A DNA stretch of 64,000 nucleotides, taken from assembly GCA_041671325.1 (NCBI GenBank), contig JBAZBR010000002.1:73978-137977 (forward strand). The letters run 5' to 3'. The stretch's first letter is position 1, and each line of letters begins with the position of its first letter. Positions 30,539 through 40,653 of the stretch are shown one piece after another. Origin of the DNA: Patescibacteria group bacterium. Its GTDB lineage: Bacteria; Patescibacteriota; Patescibacteriia; PEXW01. The notes beneath the pieces were generated by a model. The model worked only from the letters and a program-made list of their open reading frames with translations. It was not told where the DNA came from and did not search any database. The translations under genes and the position numbers were made by a program.

Positions 30539-30850
30539 ATGTCAAAATTCGCAGTTATTAAAACCGGCGGCAAGCAGTATTTGGTCAAAACTGGCCAAAC
30601 TTTGAAGGTGGAAAAGCTTGAAGGCAAGGAAAAAGGAAAAATAAGCTTTGACAAAGTTTTAATGGTTGCTGAAGATAATGAAGTCAAGATTGGCCAACCT
30701 TTGGTCAAGGGGGTTAAGGTTGAAGCGGAAATCATCAAACAAGGCTTGGGTCCAAAAATTTACGTAGAGACTTATAAAGCCAAAACCCGCAAGCACCGTA
30801 AAATTGGGCATCGGCAGTCTTTTACCGAAGTAAAAATAATCAAGATATAA
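30539..30850 (+). CDS. rplU: 50S ribosomal protein L21
   Basis: AVIKTGGKQY, GHRQ.FT. Confidence 0.97.
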   Translation: MSKFAVIKTGGKQYLVKTGQTLKVEKLEGKEKGKISFDKVLMVAEDNEVKIGQPLVKGVKVEAEIIKQGLGPKIYVETYKAKTRKHRKIGHRQSFTEVKIIKI

Positions 30851-30866
30851 ATTATCAAAAAATTTA

Positions 30867-30894
30867 AAAAATCAGGAAAATATCCTGATTTTTT
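30867..30894. terminator. Bidirectional terminator
   Basis: AAAAATCAGGA-AAATA-TCCTGATTTTT. Confidence 0.7.
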
Positions 30895-31942
30895 ATTTCT
30901 TCTTATTTACCATAGCCCAATAAGCATCAATTTCTGCTGGTGAGGTCAAAAATTTGCGCATGGCTTGGTGGAAGAGCGTCCATTTAGTTCCAGCCCGCCA
31001 AGCCTTGTCCGGTCCACCCGGAGTTTTTTTGGCTTCCCAGCGATTTTGAAAGAACGTGAAATCTCGACCACTCATTTTTATTAAAGCTCGAATAACATCG
31101 GGCTCGGTTCCTGCATAACGATTTTTTATTTTTTGCAATTGTGAGCTTTTAAACCAAATTTTTTCTGGACTATCATTTACCGTAAACTGGATGTCAATTT
31201 CCTTACTGGCATGGGGGTCTTCTTTTACAATAAATTCCTGTAAATGTTTAACATTAGCAATAATAAAATCAACATATTCTCTGACGTCTTGATTAGCGTT
31301 TGTATCATATACGTCAAAACCCGCTTTGACCCCGGCTTTTTTAAAGAAATTTTTTACAGCCAATTCAATTTTTTCACCAAAATGAAATATACCATTTTCC
31401 ATATCAGCCAGCATTCTTTCATAAGCTCCATGTGTATTTTCATGTAATCTAGGATTCTCTATTTGTTGCAATAATAAAGCCTTTTTGTAATCTAAGTTCA
31501 TTTCACTCCTGGTTTGGGCGTGTAAATAGGCCAGACGGATATCCCTGGAAACGCTTTTATCAAAATAATACCTCAAGCCCCAGTCAACATCAGTAGTTAT
31601 ATCCATTAAATCAATCTCTGCCCTTTCATCATTATCATCACGGTAAAAAAGCTGATCGCCTTCCTGTTCAATTTTCCAAACATCACGCTCTTGCTCAGGC
31701 CGGGTTTCCAAGCTTTCCAAATTGTTTGCTTGGATTTTAGCCTCTTCATATTTTTTCTGCATGCTTTCTTGTAAGGCTTCAATTTTCTGTTGGGTTTCTG
31801 CTGGTATTTCAAAATCCGTTTCAGGTAAGTCGAATTCACTCAAATCAAAAAGCCCTTCAGGGCATTCTTCTACTTCCGAAACGCTGATTCTTTGCTGGTC
31901 TTGGCTAATTTCTGGCAGAGTTTGGGTTTCGATTGGGGGCAT
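30893..31942 (-). CDS. Hypothetical protein (acidic N-terminus, possible PD-(D/E)XK-like C-terminal domain)
   Basis: 349-aa ORF co-oriented with recR; D..EYVDFII...IDIQFT pattern. Confidence 0.6.
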   Translation of the reverse strand: MPPIETQTLPEISQDQQRISVSEVEECPEGLFDLSEFDLPETDFEIPAETQQKIEALQESMQKKYEEAKIQANNLESLETRPEQERDVWKIEQEGDQLFYRDDNDERAEIDLMDITTDVDWGLRYYFDKSVSRDIRLAYLHAQTRSEMNLDYKKALLLQQIENPRLHENTHGAYERMLADMENGIFHFGEKIELAVKNFFKKAGVKAGFDVYDTNANQDVREYVDFIIANVKHLQEFIVKEDPHASKEIDIQFTVNDSPEKIWFKSSQLQKIKNRYAGTEPDVIRALIKMSGRDFTFFQNRWEAKKTPGGPDKAWRAGTKWTLFHQAMRKFLTSPAEIDAYWAMVNKKK

Positions 31943-31955
31943 TAGAGTGGAAAAA

Positions 31956-32561
31956 TTAAAGCGTTTTCCGGCCTTTTAAGGCATCGCCCAGGGTCACCTC
32001 ATCAGCGTATTCCAAATCTGCGCCTAAAGGCAAACCCCTGGCTAAACGGCTTAATTTGACGTTTAAAGGCCGTAAAGTTTTGGTTAAGTATAAAATCGTG
32101 GTTTCACCTTCAACATCAGGGTTAAGGGCAAAAATCACTTCTTTGATTTGGGGCTTGGTTTTTTGCAGTTTAGCAACCAAACTCTTGATGTTCAAATCCT
32201 CGGCAGTAATCCCGGTTATGGGGTTTAAAGTCCCGCCCAGTACGTGGTAGACCCCGTGGAATTCATTAGTCCTTTCTACGGCGACTAAATCTTGGGTTTC
32301 GGCTACCACGCAGAGCATTGCGTGGTCCCTTTTTTCATCCTTGCAGATTTTGCAGGGGGAATTGGAATTCCACTGGCCACAGAAAGCGCATTGTTTGATG
32401 CCGTCTTTAACACTAGCTAAAGCTTTGATTAATTGCTGGCGGTCGTCATCCCGGATTTTTACCAAATAAAAAGCCAAGCGCTCTGCAGACTTGGGGCCGA
32501 TCCCCGGCAAGCGGTTTAATAAATCAATCAAATTTTGGAGGCTGTCTGCGTATAAAGCCAT
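31956..32561 (-). CDS. recR: Recombination mediator RecR
   Basis: LPGIGPKSAERLA, C4 zinc finger, YHVLGG, EGETT, DLEYAD. Confidence 0.97.
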   Translation of the reverse strand: MALYADSLQNLIDLLNRLPGIGPKSAERLAFYLVKIRDDDRQQLIKALASVKDGIKQCAFCGQWNSNSPCKICKDEKRDHAMLCVVAETQDLVAVERTNEFHGVYHVLGGTLNPITGITAEDLNIKSLVAKLQKTKPQIKEVIFALNPDVEGETTILYLTKTLRPLNVKLSRLARGLPLGADLEYADEVTLGDALKGRKTL

Positions 32562-32570
32562 GGACTAATA

Positions 32571-32864
32571 TTAACCCAAATTCGGCAAGCCGCCCATGTC
32601 TTTGACCTTTTTAGCCATTTTATGCTGAGCTTTTTTAATGGCATCATTCACTGCCTCTTGCACGCCTTTTTGGACGTCGCTTTGCTTGCTGGGTGAAAGC
32701 AAGTCCGGATCGATTTTCACTTCTTCGACATTTTGGTTGCCATCCATGGAGATTTTGACCTTGCCCCAGGCGCCGCTGCCTTCGACGCTTTCTTCTTTTA
32801 AAGCGCCTTGGATTTTTTTGGCTTGGGTGCGGTAATCTTTGATTTGCTTGAGTTTTTCAAACAT
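32571..32864 (-). CDS. YbaB/EbfC nucleoid-associated protein
   Basis: VEG..AWGKVKISMDG...VKIDP...AVNDA; adjacent to recR. Confidence 0.9.
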   Translation of the reverse strand: MFEKLKQIKDYRTQAKKIQGALKEESVEGSGAWGKVKISMDGNQNVEEVKIDPDLLSPSKQSDVQKGVQEAVNDAIKKAQHKMAKKVKDMGGLPNLG

Positions 32865-32890
32865 ATTAGTAAATTATTAGTTTTAAAATT

Positions 32891-34273
32891 TTAAGCTGGG
32901 GGCAGGCCGACAATGCTTTCGTCAGCCTTGCTTTCAAACCTGACCTTGTTTTCGTTGAAAATCATATCCACATGCCCGGTCGGGCCATTGCGGTGCTTAG
33001 CCACATGGATTTCAGCAATATTCTTTTTCAAGGGGTCAATATCCCGGTCATACATGGCTGGCCGGTAAATAAACATGACCACATCCGCGTCTTGTTCAAT
33101 AGAGCCGGATTCTCGCAAGTCAGCTAATTGCGGAATTTTTCGTTCCCGGTTTTCAACCGCACGGGACAATTGGGACAAGGCAATAACTGGGATATTCAAT
33201 TCCCGGGCAATAGCCTTTAAACCCCGGGTGATTTCCGCCACTTCTTGCACGCGGTTTTCAATGCCACTGCGGCCTTCCATCAGCTGTAAATAATCCACGA
33301 CAATCATGCCTAAGCCGTGTTCAGCTTGTAAGCGCCGGGCTTTGGTCCGCATCATCATGACATTGCTGGTGGCTGAATCATCAATAAAAATCGGGGCTTC
33401 GGATAAGACGCCCATGGCATGGCCAATTTTTGGAAAATCATTATCTTCCGGGCTATCTGATAACCGGCCAGTCCGCATTTTCCATAAGTCCACGCCGGCT
33501 TCAGCACAGAGCATCCTGTCTACTAATTGTTCTTTGGACATTTCTAAAGAAAACAAGCCAACGGGTATGCCGGATTTTATGGCTGCGTGCCTGGCAAAAT
33601 CCAAAGCCAAAGTAGTTTTGCCCATACTCGGCCTGGCCGCGACAATAATCAAATCGCTTTTTTGGAAACCGGCTAACAGCCTGTCAATATCCGGAAAGCC
33701 GCTGGTCACGCCGCGTAATTTGCCTGCGCCTTTATGCAATTCATCAATCCGGTCAAAGGCTTCGGAGAGGACCGAACGGATAGGAATGAAATTTTGCTTT
33801 AAATACCTTTGGGAAACGGAGAAAATGGATTGTTCGGCTTCATCAAGGATTTTTTCAACGTCTTCCTCCTCTTGATAACCGATACTGCTGATTTCGGTGG
33901 CTGCGGAAAGCAAGCGCCTAAGCGTGGCTTTTCTTTGGACGATATTGGCGTAATTAACCACGTTGCTGGCCGTCGGCACGGTATTGGCCAAAGAGGTGAG
34001 CGCGCTTAAACCCCCGATTTTTTCCAACTGTTTCTTGTCTTCTAAACGGTTGGAAAGGCTGACGACATCAATTGGCTCATGCGCTTCATATAAATCCTGC
34101 ATGGCTTCGTAAATCCAGCCATGGATATCGCGGTAAAAATCTTCGGTTCTTAAGATGTCCGCAACCTTTATAATCGCGTCTTTATCGATTAAAAGCGAGC
34201 CTAAAAGCGCTTGTTCGGCTTCCAGGTTTTGGGGCGGGATTTTATCAACGGGATTTAGTTGTTTTTCGGGCAT
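32891..34273 (-). CDS. dnaB: Replicative DNA helicase
   Basis: PPQNLEAEQ, AARPSMGKT, VDYLQL, LRESGSIEQDAD, KHRNGPTG; no intein. Confidence 0.98.
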   Translation of the reverse strand: MPEKQLNPVDKIPPQNLEAEQALLGSLLIDKDAIIKVADILRTEDFYRDIHGWIYEAMQDLYEAHEPIDVVSLSNRLEDKKQLEKIGGLSALTSLANTVPTASNVVNYANIVQRKATLRRLLSAATEISSIGYQEEEDVEKILDEAEQSIFSVSQRYLKQNFIPIRSVLSEAFDRIDELHKGAGKLRGVTSGFPDIDRLLAGFQKSDLIIVAARPSMGKTTLALDFARHAAIKSGIPVGLFSLEMSKEQLVDRMLCAEAGVDLWKMRTGRLSDSPEDNDFPKIGHAMGVLSEAPIFIDDSATSNVMMMRTKARRLQAEHGLGMIVVDYLQLMEGRSGIENRVQEVAEITRGLKAIARELNIPVIALSQLSRAVENRERKIPQLADLRESGSIEQDADVVMFIYRPAMYDRDIDPLKKNIAEIHVAKHRNGPTGHVDMIFNENKVRFESKADESIVGLPPA

Positions 34274-34372
34274 AGGGTTTACTCATCTTACCTAGCTTAT
34301 TTGACCAAAGCAAGGCTTAAAATCTCCCCAGTTTTTCCACTTTTTATGGGTTTTATGTTATGCTGGTTGCCT

Positions 34373-34900
34373 ATGATAGACCAGCAACCAATCTTAGTGG
34401 TTTTAGATGTGGAAACCACGGGCCTGAATCCAGAAGAGGGCCATGAAGTAATCGAAGTTGCGGCGCAAAAAATCCAAGGCAAGAAAGTGGTAGGGGAATA
34501 TGTCAGTTTGGTGGCAACTAGCCGGATTATTGATTCGGCAACGGAAAAAATCCATGGGATTTCTAATGCCCTTCTGGCCGTCGAAGGCCGGCCTGGTTCG
34601 GAAGTTTTTCCAGAGTTAGTAAATTATATCGGCCAGGCGCCCATTATCGGCCACAACATCAGCTTTGATATGGCTTTTATCAATGCACATCTTAAAAGAC
34701 TGGGCTTGCCAATTTTGACAAACCCAACGCTGGATACCATTGCCCATGCCAAGCGGTATTTATTAATTCCTAGTTACAGTTTGGAAAAAGTTGCCGCTTA
34801 CTTAAAAGTGCCTCAGCCCAAAGCCCACCGGGCCAAGGCCGACGTGGAAACGACCCGGGAAGTTTTTTGGAAGTTGGTAGAACGGGCGAAAGGAAAGTAG
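34373..34900 (+). CDS. DEDDh 3'-5' exonuclease (DnaQ-like)
   Basis: LDVETTG, GHNISFD, HRAKAD. Confidence 0.92.
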   Translation: MIDQQPILVVLDVETTGLNPEEGHEVIEVAAQKIQGKKVVGEYVSLVATSRIIDSATEKIHGISNALLAVEGRPGSEVFPELVNYIGQAPIIGHNISFDMAFINAHLKRLGLPILTNPTLDTIAHAKRYLLIPSYSLEKVAAYLKVPQPKAHRAKADVETTREVFWKLVERAKGK

Positions 34901-34902
34901 GC

Positions 34903-34986
34903 CTAAAAATGCTTGCGAGTAGCAAAGTAAATTACGCCCAGCACTACAACCAATAAAATTACGACGATGATTTGTCCTCCAGACAT
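34903..34986 (-). CDS. Small single-TM protein (27 aa)
   Basis: MSGGQIIVVILLVVVLGVIYFATRKHF; TATACT -10 just upstream. Confidence 0.55.
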   Translation of the reverse strand: MSGGQIIVVILLVVVLGVIYFATRKHF

Positions 34987-35069
34987 ATGTTTTTAGTATA
35001 GGTGGTTTGTTTTTTAAAATAAAGCATGCGATACTTTGTATATCAAGATCTTAATTTTTCACTAATTAT

Positions 35070-35609
35070 ATGGATAATCCACCACAAAACCAAGCAAATC
35101 CCGAAGTAAAAGAAACAAAGAAACCGCTATGGTTTAAGATTATTATAACTTTTGTCATTATCTTAATCGCGGCTATAATTTTTTATGTGTTTGTTTATTT
35201 CACCCAAGGGAATATAACATTTAGCAGGTTGGCAGCACCAATAATTGGTATTTCCCAATTAGAATGTAAATTAAATAAAGGTATTCACTATGTTAATTTA
35301 AATGGAGTCCAGAACATTTGCTTAAAAAAATCCGTTAATGCCGGGAAAGTTTGTACTCATGACAGAGATTGCCAGGGCGGAGGTTGCATGCCATCTGCTA
35401 CAAGGAGTAATGAGACGGGCCCATTTTCAAATTGGCAAGGTACCCCAAAATTTAATGATAAGGGCGAGTTAACGGGTATTTGTAGTGATCTTGATTATTC
35501 AGATTGGCCAACTAAAGATGCGGATAAAATAAACTCTGGCGGATGCAATTTTCCAATCGGGACAATTGATAATCAAACGTATGGAGATAGCGGGTGTTTA
35601 ATTTTTTAG
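35070..35609 (+). CDS. Membrane-anchored Cys-rich exported protein
   Basis: N-terminal TM; GKVCTHDRDCQGGGC motif. Confidence 0.75.
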   Translation: MDNPPQNQANPEVKETKKPLWFKIIITFVIILIAAIIFYVFVYFTQGNITFSRLAAPIIGISQLECKLNKGIHYVNLNGVQNICLKKSVNAGKVCTHDRDCQGGGCMPSATRSNETGPFSNWQGTPKFNDKGELTGICSDLDYSDWPTKDADKINSGGCNFPIGTIDNQTYGDSGCLIF

Positions 35610-35631
35610 TTAAGTAAAAAATTTTCGGAAA

Positions 35632-35786
35632 GTGGTGCGCTTGCAGAACATAAAATACCGCAGAAACGAGGAACGGACTGAGCGAAGTGAAGGAGTACGC
35701 GTTTCTGCGGAAAAGCGGCGCGTTTGTGAAACCCGAAGTAGCCTCGCAAATGCGGGGATACGCAGGGTGTAACAAACGATGACGCG
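35632..35786. repeat. Structured tRNA-adjacent element A
   Basis: Two long hairpins joined by AAAAGCG, flanked by GTGGTGCGC repeats of the tRNA-Lys 3' end. Confidence 0.6.
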
Positions 35787-35862
35787 TGGTGCGCCCAGGA
35801 GGAATCGAACCTCCAACCTTGGGCTTAAAAGGCCCCTGCTCTGCCAATTGAGCTATAGGCGC
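35787..35862 (-). tRNA. tRNA-Lys(TTT)
   Basis: GCGCCTATAGCTCAATTGGCAGAGC...CTTTTAA...GGTTCGATTCC...GGGCGCACCA. Confidence 0.94.
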
Positions 35863-35959
35863 ATGGCAAATCATAATGTTCGTATTGTGCCTTATATTTA
35901 AAATTATTTCAAGTCCAATTAATTAAGACTCCCCAAAATTAACATGCTAAAATATAGGC

Positions 35960-38623
35960 ATGGAGTTTTGTCGCGCCACCAACCTAAAAATTGACGAGGT
36001 TTTGCATAAATTTGACGCTTCCAGCAAGGGTTTGAATGGTTTGGAAGTTGATGAGCGTTTGAAGAATTATGGGGAAAACAAGCTGCCCAATAAGGAAGGC
36101 GTAAATTCCTTAAGAACCCTGGTCAGGCAATTTGAAAGCAGTCTGGTTATCATCCTTCTAGTTGCGGCAGTTATTAGTTTTGCCTTGGGCGATAAATTAG
36201 ACGGTTCAGTGATTTTGGCGGCTATTGCCTTGAACGTGGTCGTTGGGTTTTTCCAGGAGTACCGGGCAGAAAGGGCCTTATCAGCTTTGCAAAAAGTCGC
36301 CACTTTCACAGCCACGGTTTTGCGCGACGGCCGGGAGCGGGATATTGACGCCTCGAAAATCGTACCCGGTGATATTTTAGTTTTACACGCTGGCCAGAAA
36401 GTGGCGGCAGATTCCAGGCTTTTGGAACTGAATGAATTAGAAATAAATGAAGCGTCTTTGACCGGTGAATCAGAACCGGTCAACAAAACCACTCATATCT
36501 TGCCAGAGGCGGTGACCATATCTGAGCAAACCAATATGGTTTTTGCTGGCACGGTTATTGTCCGTGGTCGGGGTTTGGCCGTGGTTTGCCAAACCGGCTT
36601 AAACACTGAATTGGGGAAAATCGCCTCAATGCTCCAAACCACAATCACCGAAAAAACCCCCCTACAGAGGAAGCTGATAAAATTGAGTTGGGACATAACT
36701 GTGGTGATTTTAGCTGTGGCGCTTCTGGTATTCCTTTTCGGGATTTTTAAGCTATATGATGTTGAAGCCATGTTCACTACTTCGGTGGCCGTGGCCGTGG
36801 CTGCCATTCCCGAAGGTTTAGCAGTTGTTGTTACGGTAATTTTAGCTATCGGCATGCAACACATGTTAAAGCGCAGAGCATTAGCCAGATCCCTTTTAGC
36901 GGCAGAAGCTTTAGGCTCGATTACTATAATCGCCACAGATAAGACGGGTACTGTAACCGAAGGTTATATGCGGGTGGTGAAAATCCTGACGCACGACAAG
37001 CAAATAATCCATCCACGCCAGGATCCGGGCGAACCAGACCCCAGCGCCTTGATGGTCTTGAAAATTGCGGCTTTGGCTTCTGATGCCAGTATCGAGAATC
37101 CTGATCGGCCATTGGAAGAATGGGATATTCGGGGGAATTTGACCGAAAGGGCTTTGGTCAGGGCTGCGGCAGAAGTCGGTTTCAACTTATTAGCCTTGAG
37201 AAAGCAATACCCGCGCTTGGCTGACGTGCCTTTTGATTCCAGTCGAAGATTCATGGCGGTTTTGTGTGAAAAATCCGGTGATGGATATTTTGTTTTTGTA
37301 AAAGGCGCACCAGAAGTCTTGGTTGCCCATGCAAAATTCATTGATGAAAACGGCAAGCCAGTTTTATTGACTGCCGAAAGGAAAAAAGCTTTTGAAAACC
37401 AGGTTAAAGACATGAGTAGCCAGGGCTTGCGAGCCTTGGCTGTGGGTTTTCGCAAGCTTGACCATAAATATGAAGGAGGTTTTGATGAGGGGTATGCACT
37501 GGATAATTTAAGTTTGGTGGGCGTAGTTGGCATCCAAGATCCTTTACGTAAAGATGCTGCAGAAACTATTGAAACTTTAAAAAGGGCTGGCATTAAAACC
37601 GTCATGCTCACCGGTGATAATCAAGCCACAGCCCAAACCATTTCCGAGGGTTTAGGTTTGCTGAAAGATGGTGGTGAAGTCATGGACGGCAGGGAACTGG
37701 AAAAATATGACGAGGAGCATTTGAAAGATAGAGTTAAAGACGTAAAAGTTTTTGCCCGTGTCAGTCCTCGGGATAAGTTAAGGATTGTTGACGCCTGGCA
37801 AGCTCGCGGTGAAGTCGTGGCCATGACTGGCGATGGCGTCAATGATGCACCAGCCCTGAAAGCCGCCAATATTGGCGTGGCATTGGGTTCAGGTACGGAC
37901 GTGGCCAAGGAAGCAGCAGATTTAGTTTTACTGGATAACAGCCTTTCCACCATTGCTAATGCGGTTTTTGAAGGTCGGGTCATTTACCGCAACATGAAGC
38001 GGGTAATTTTATATTTAGTTGCCGGGTCTTTTGTGGAGTTGACGGTGGTAGTTGGCGCTTTGGTCATCGGCTGGCCCTTGCCTATGAGTGCCGCCCAAAT
38101 CCTCTGGATAAATTTGGTCACTGATTCTTTGCCGACCATAAGCATGACCCAAGAGCCGGCTGATCCTGGAATATTGGAAGAGCCACCGGTCAAACCGACC
38201 CGGCCGATTATCGGCAATTTCACCCGGTTTATGATGTTGTTATTAGCCTTAACTGTCGGTGGCGGCAGTCTTTTGCTTTTCTGGCTTGGCTGGTCAGATG
38301 GCCAAGCCCTGGCTTATGGCCGAACCATGGTTTTTACTTCCATCAGCGTCGTGCATTTAATGGTTGTTTTTACCACCCGAACCTTGAGGCGGCCAATGTA
38401 TTACACTTCGCCGTTTCATAATCCCTCCTTAATCTTTGCAGTTTTTATCTCCTTGGCTCTGCAATTAGTGGCAGTGTATACATCTTTTGGCCAAAGGGTT
38501 TTTGGGACTATACCTTTAGGCATAAGTGATTGGGCGTTAATTCTCTTGCTTGGTGTGATAACCATCGTCATTTGTGAATTTAGCAAGATTTGGTTTAGGC
38601 GGAGACAAATAGCCGAAGCTTAA
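35960..38623 (+). CDS. P-type cation-transporting ATPase (P2A, Ca2+-type)
   Basis: LTGES, AIPEGL, DKTGT, KGAPE, MLTGD, TGDGVNDAPAL, QILWINLVTD. Confidence 0.95.
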   Translation: MEFCRATNLKIDEVLHKFDASSKGLNGLEVDERLKNYGENKLPNKEGVNSLRTLVRQFESSLVIILLVAAVISFALGDKLDGSVILAAIALNVVVGFFQEYRAERALSALQKVATFTATVLRDGRERDIDASKIVPGDILVLHAGQKVAADSRLLELNELEINEASLTGESEPVNKTTHILPEAVTISEQTNMVFAGTVIVRGRGLAVVCQTGLNTELGKIASMLQTTITEKTPLQRKLIKLSWDITVVILAVALLVFLFGIFKLYDVEAMFTTSVAVAVAAIPEGLAVVVTVILAIGMQHMLKRRALARSLLAAEALGSITIIATDKTGTVTEGYMRVVKILTHDKQIIHPRQDPGEPDPSALMVLKIAALASDASIENPDRPLEEWDIRGNLTERALVRAAAEVGFNLLALRKQYPRLADVPFDSSRRFMAVLCEKSGDGYFVFVKGAPEVLVAHAKFIDENGKPVLLTAERKKAFENQVKDMSSQGLRALAVGFRKLDHKYEGGFDEGYALDNLSLVGVVGIQDPLRKDAAETIETLKRAGIKTVMLTGDNQATAQTISEGLGLLKDGGEVMDGRELEKYDEEHLKDRVKDVKVFARVSPRDKLRIVDAWQARGEVVAMTGDGVNDAPALKAANIGVALGSGTDVAKEAADLVLLDNSLSTIANAVFEGRVIYRNMKRVILYLVAGSFVELTVVVGALVIGWPLPMSAAQILWINLVTDSLPTISMTQEPADPGILEEPPVKPTRPIIGNFTRFMMLLLALTVGGGSLLLFWLGWSDGQALAYGRTMVFTSISVVHLMVVFTTRTLRRPMYYTSPFHNPSLIFAVFISLALQLVAVYTSFGQRVFGTIPLGISDWALILLLGVITIVICEFSKIWFRRRQIAEA

Positions 38624-38697
38624 GAAAAATTTCGCCACTTAACAACAACGTAGGGCAGTTTTTGTTAAGCTAAGGTCTAGTAGTAAATTAATTATTT

Positions 38698-38817
38698 TCC
38701 CCTCTCATATAAAGGAGAGGGTGGCCGGAGGCCGGGTGAGGTTGGCTAAAATTAATTACTATTATTCCGATATTCCGAGTACCCTCACCCCCTTCCCTCT
38801 CCCAGTGGGAGAGGGGG
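38698..38817. repeat. REP-like inverted element (CCCTCTC...GAGAGGG / CCCTCACCC type)
   Basis: CCCCTCTC..GGAGAGGG..GGGTGAGG arm facing CCCTCACCC..CCCTCTCCC..GGGAGAGGG arm. Confidence 0.7.
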
Positions 38818-38849
38818 TGGTTTTATAACATATTCATATATTTTTGTAT

Positions 38850-38878
38850 TTGCCAAAAAGCCTAAAAATTAGTATAGT
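38850..38878 (+). promoter_or_regulatory. asnS promoter
   Basis: TTGCCA-17 bp-TATAGT. Confidence 0.6.
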
Positions 38879-38904
38879 TAAGGGGCAATTATTTATTAAT
38901 TCCC

Positions 38905-40200
38905 ATGACAGTTAAAATTTCCGAGATTGCCAAATATGTCGGTAAGGAGGTAACCATCCAAGGCTGGATTGCTAATCTTCGCTCATCAGGCAAGATTGTT
39001 TTTTTGCAATTGCGAGATGGCTCTACTGGGATTTTGCAAACCGTAATTGCTGCAGATTCAATCAGCCAAACTGATTTTGAAGCAGCTAAAGCCTTGACAA
39101 CAGAATCCTCGGTTGAAGTCAACGGAAAAGTTATTGCTGAACCGCGTTCGTCAGGTGGATTTGAAATGCAGGCTAAAGCCATTAAAATAATCCAAAAATC
39201 AGAAGAATACCCAATTGGTAAAAAAGAACACGGGCCGGAATTTTTACTAGACAATCGGCATTTGTGGCTGCGAGCCCAAAGGCAAGTAGCCATTTTGCGG
39301 GTTCGGGATTCAATCATCTGGGCTTTGCGGGAGTTTTTCCGCCAGGAAGGCTTTGTCATGACTGATACGCCAATTTTAACCCCAACCTCTTGCGAAGGCA
39401 CTACCACTTTGTTTGGAACTGAATATTTTGGTGAAAAAGCCTACCTTTCCCAATCTGGCCAATTGTATTTAGAGGCCTTATGTATGGCTCTGGGCAAGGT
39501 TTATGATTTTGGCCCGACTTTTCGGGCGGAAAAATCCAAGACCCGCCGGCATTTGACTGAATTCTGGATGCTGGATGCGGAAATGGCTTATATGGATTTA
39601 AATCAAAGCATTGATCTGCAAGAACGCATGGTGGTTTATGTCATTAAAAAAGTTTTACTTGAAAGGAAAAAGGAACTGGAAATTTTGGAAAGGGACACTA
39701 AGCCATTGGAAAAAGTTGCTGAAGGCGGGTTTATTAAAATGACTTATGATGAAACTTTGGTTGAATTGAAAAAACTTGGTTCAGACATCAAATGGGGGAC
39801 AGATTTGGGCAATGACGATGAAACCATTTTGACCCAAGCTCATGACAAGCCTATTTTTGTCACCAATTATCCGCTGGAGATAAAAGCTTTTTACATGAAA
39901 CCGGATCCCAAAAATCCCAAAACCGCCTTGTGTGCTGACATGCTGGCGCCCGAAGGCTATGGGGAAGTTATCGGCGGCTCGCAGAGAATTGACGATTTGA
40001 AATTGCTGGAGCAAAGGTTGAAGGAGCACAAACTGCCAAAAAAGGATTTTGAGTGGTATTTAGATTTGCGCAGATATGGCTCAGTGCCGCATTCGGGTTT
40101 TGGCATTGGCTTGGAGCGGACTGTGACCTGGCTTTGCGGATTGAAACATGTTCGTGAGGCGATTCCTTTTCCCAGACTGATAAACCGGTTAACGCCTTAA
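38905..40200 (+). CDS. asnS: Asparagine--tRNA ligase
   Basis: FLQLRDG, YLSQSGQLY, FRAEKSKTRRHLTEFWM, YGSVPHSGFGIGLER. Confidence 0.96.
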   Translation: MTVKISEIAKYVGKEVTIQGWIANLRSSGKIVFLQLRDGSTGILQTVIAADSISQTDFEAAKALTTESSVEVNGKVIAEPRSSGGFEMQAKAIKIIQKSEEYPIGKKEHGPEFLLDNRHLWLRAQRQVAILRVRDSIIWALREFFRQEGFVMTDTPILTPTSCEGTTTLFGTEYFGEKAYLSQSGQLYLEALCMALGKVYDFGPTFRAEKSKTRRHLTEFWMLDAEMAYMDLNQSIDLQERMVVYVIKKVLLERKKELEILERDTKPLEKVAEGGFIKMTYDETLVELKKLGSDIKWGTDLGNDDETILTQAHDKPIFVTNYPLEIKAFYMKPDPKNPKTALCADMLAPEGYGEVIGGSQRIDDLKLLEQRLKEHKLPKKDFEWYLDLRRYGSVPHSGFGIGLERTVTWLCGLKHVREAIPFPRLINRLTP

Positions 40201-40202
40201 AT

Positions 40203-40634
40203 ATGTCAAAAAAGAAAATAATTTTTTTAGTTATCATCTCATTGATACTTATTGGAATTATATTAATTTGGTTCTTTATAATAAATAATAGAAATTTAAA
40301 TAATAAAACTTCTTCTTGCCCTCATAATTTTGGTTGGAGCAATAGTCCATGTACCTATATTCATGTTTTACCAAAACAGGAAGTTATTGATTCAATAAAT
40401 AGTTGTCAGGTTTATTATTTTGATTCTGATATTGGTATTATTTTCACCGCGAATAATGGTTGTAAAAAGGGAAGTAAGTTTTTAAATGCGGATTCGGGTG
40501 TTACTTATTTTAACGCATACGGCCAATACATTACTGAATGTAATGCTTTTGCAGAAGGTCCTTTTCCTAGCGATAAATGCACTTGGTTAGAGAAGTTAAC
40601 AGGAAAAACCCTTAGCACAAAAGTAGGCGAATAA
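40203..40634 (+). CDS. Membrane-anchored Cys-containing hypothetical protein
   Basis: N-terminal TM; AT-rich ORF. Confidence 0.7.
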   Translation: MSKKKIIFLVIISLILIGIILIWFFIINNRNLNNKTSSCPHNFGWSNSPCTYIHVLPKQEVIDSINSCQVYYFDSDIGIIFTANNGCKKGSKFLNADSGVTYFNAYGQYITECNAFAEGPFPSDKCTWLEKLTGKTLSTKVGE

Positions 40635-40653
40635 AAATTAATTTTTTAAACAC

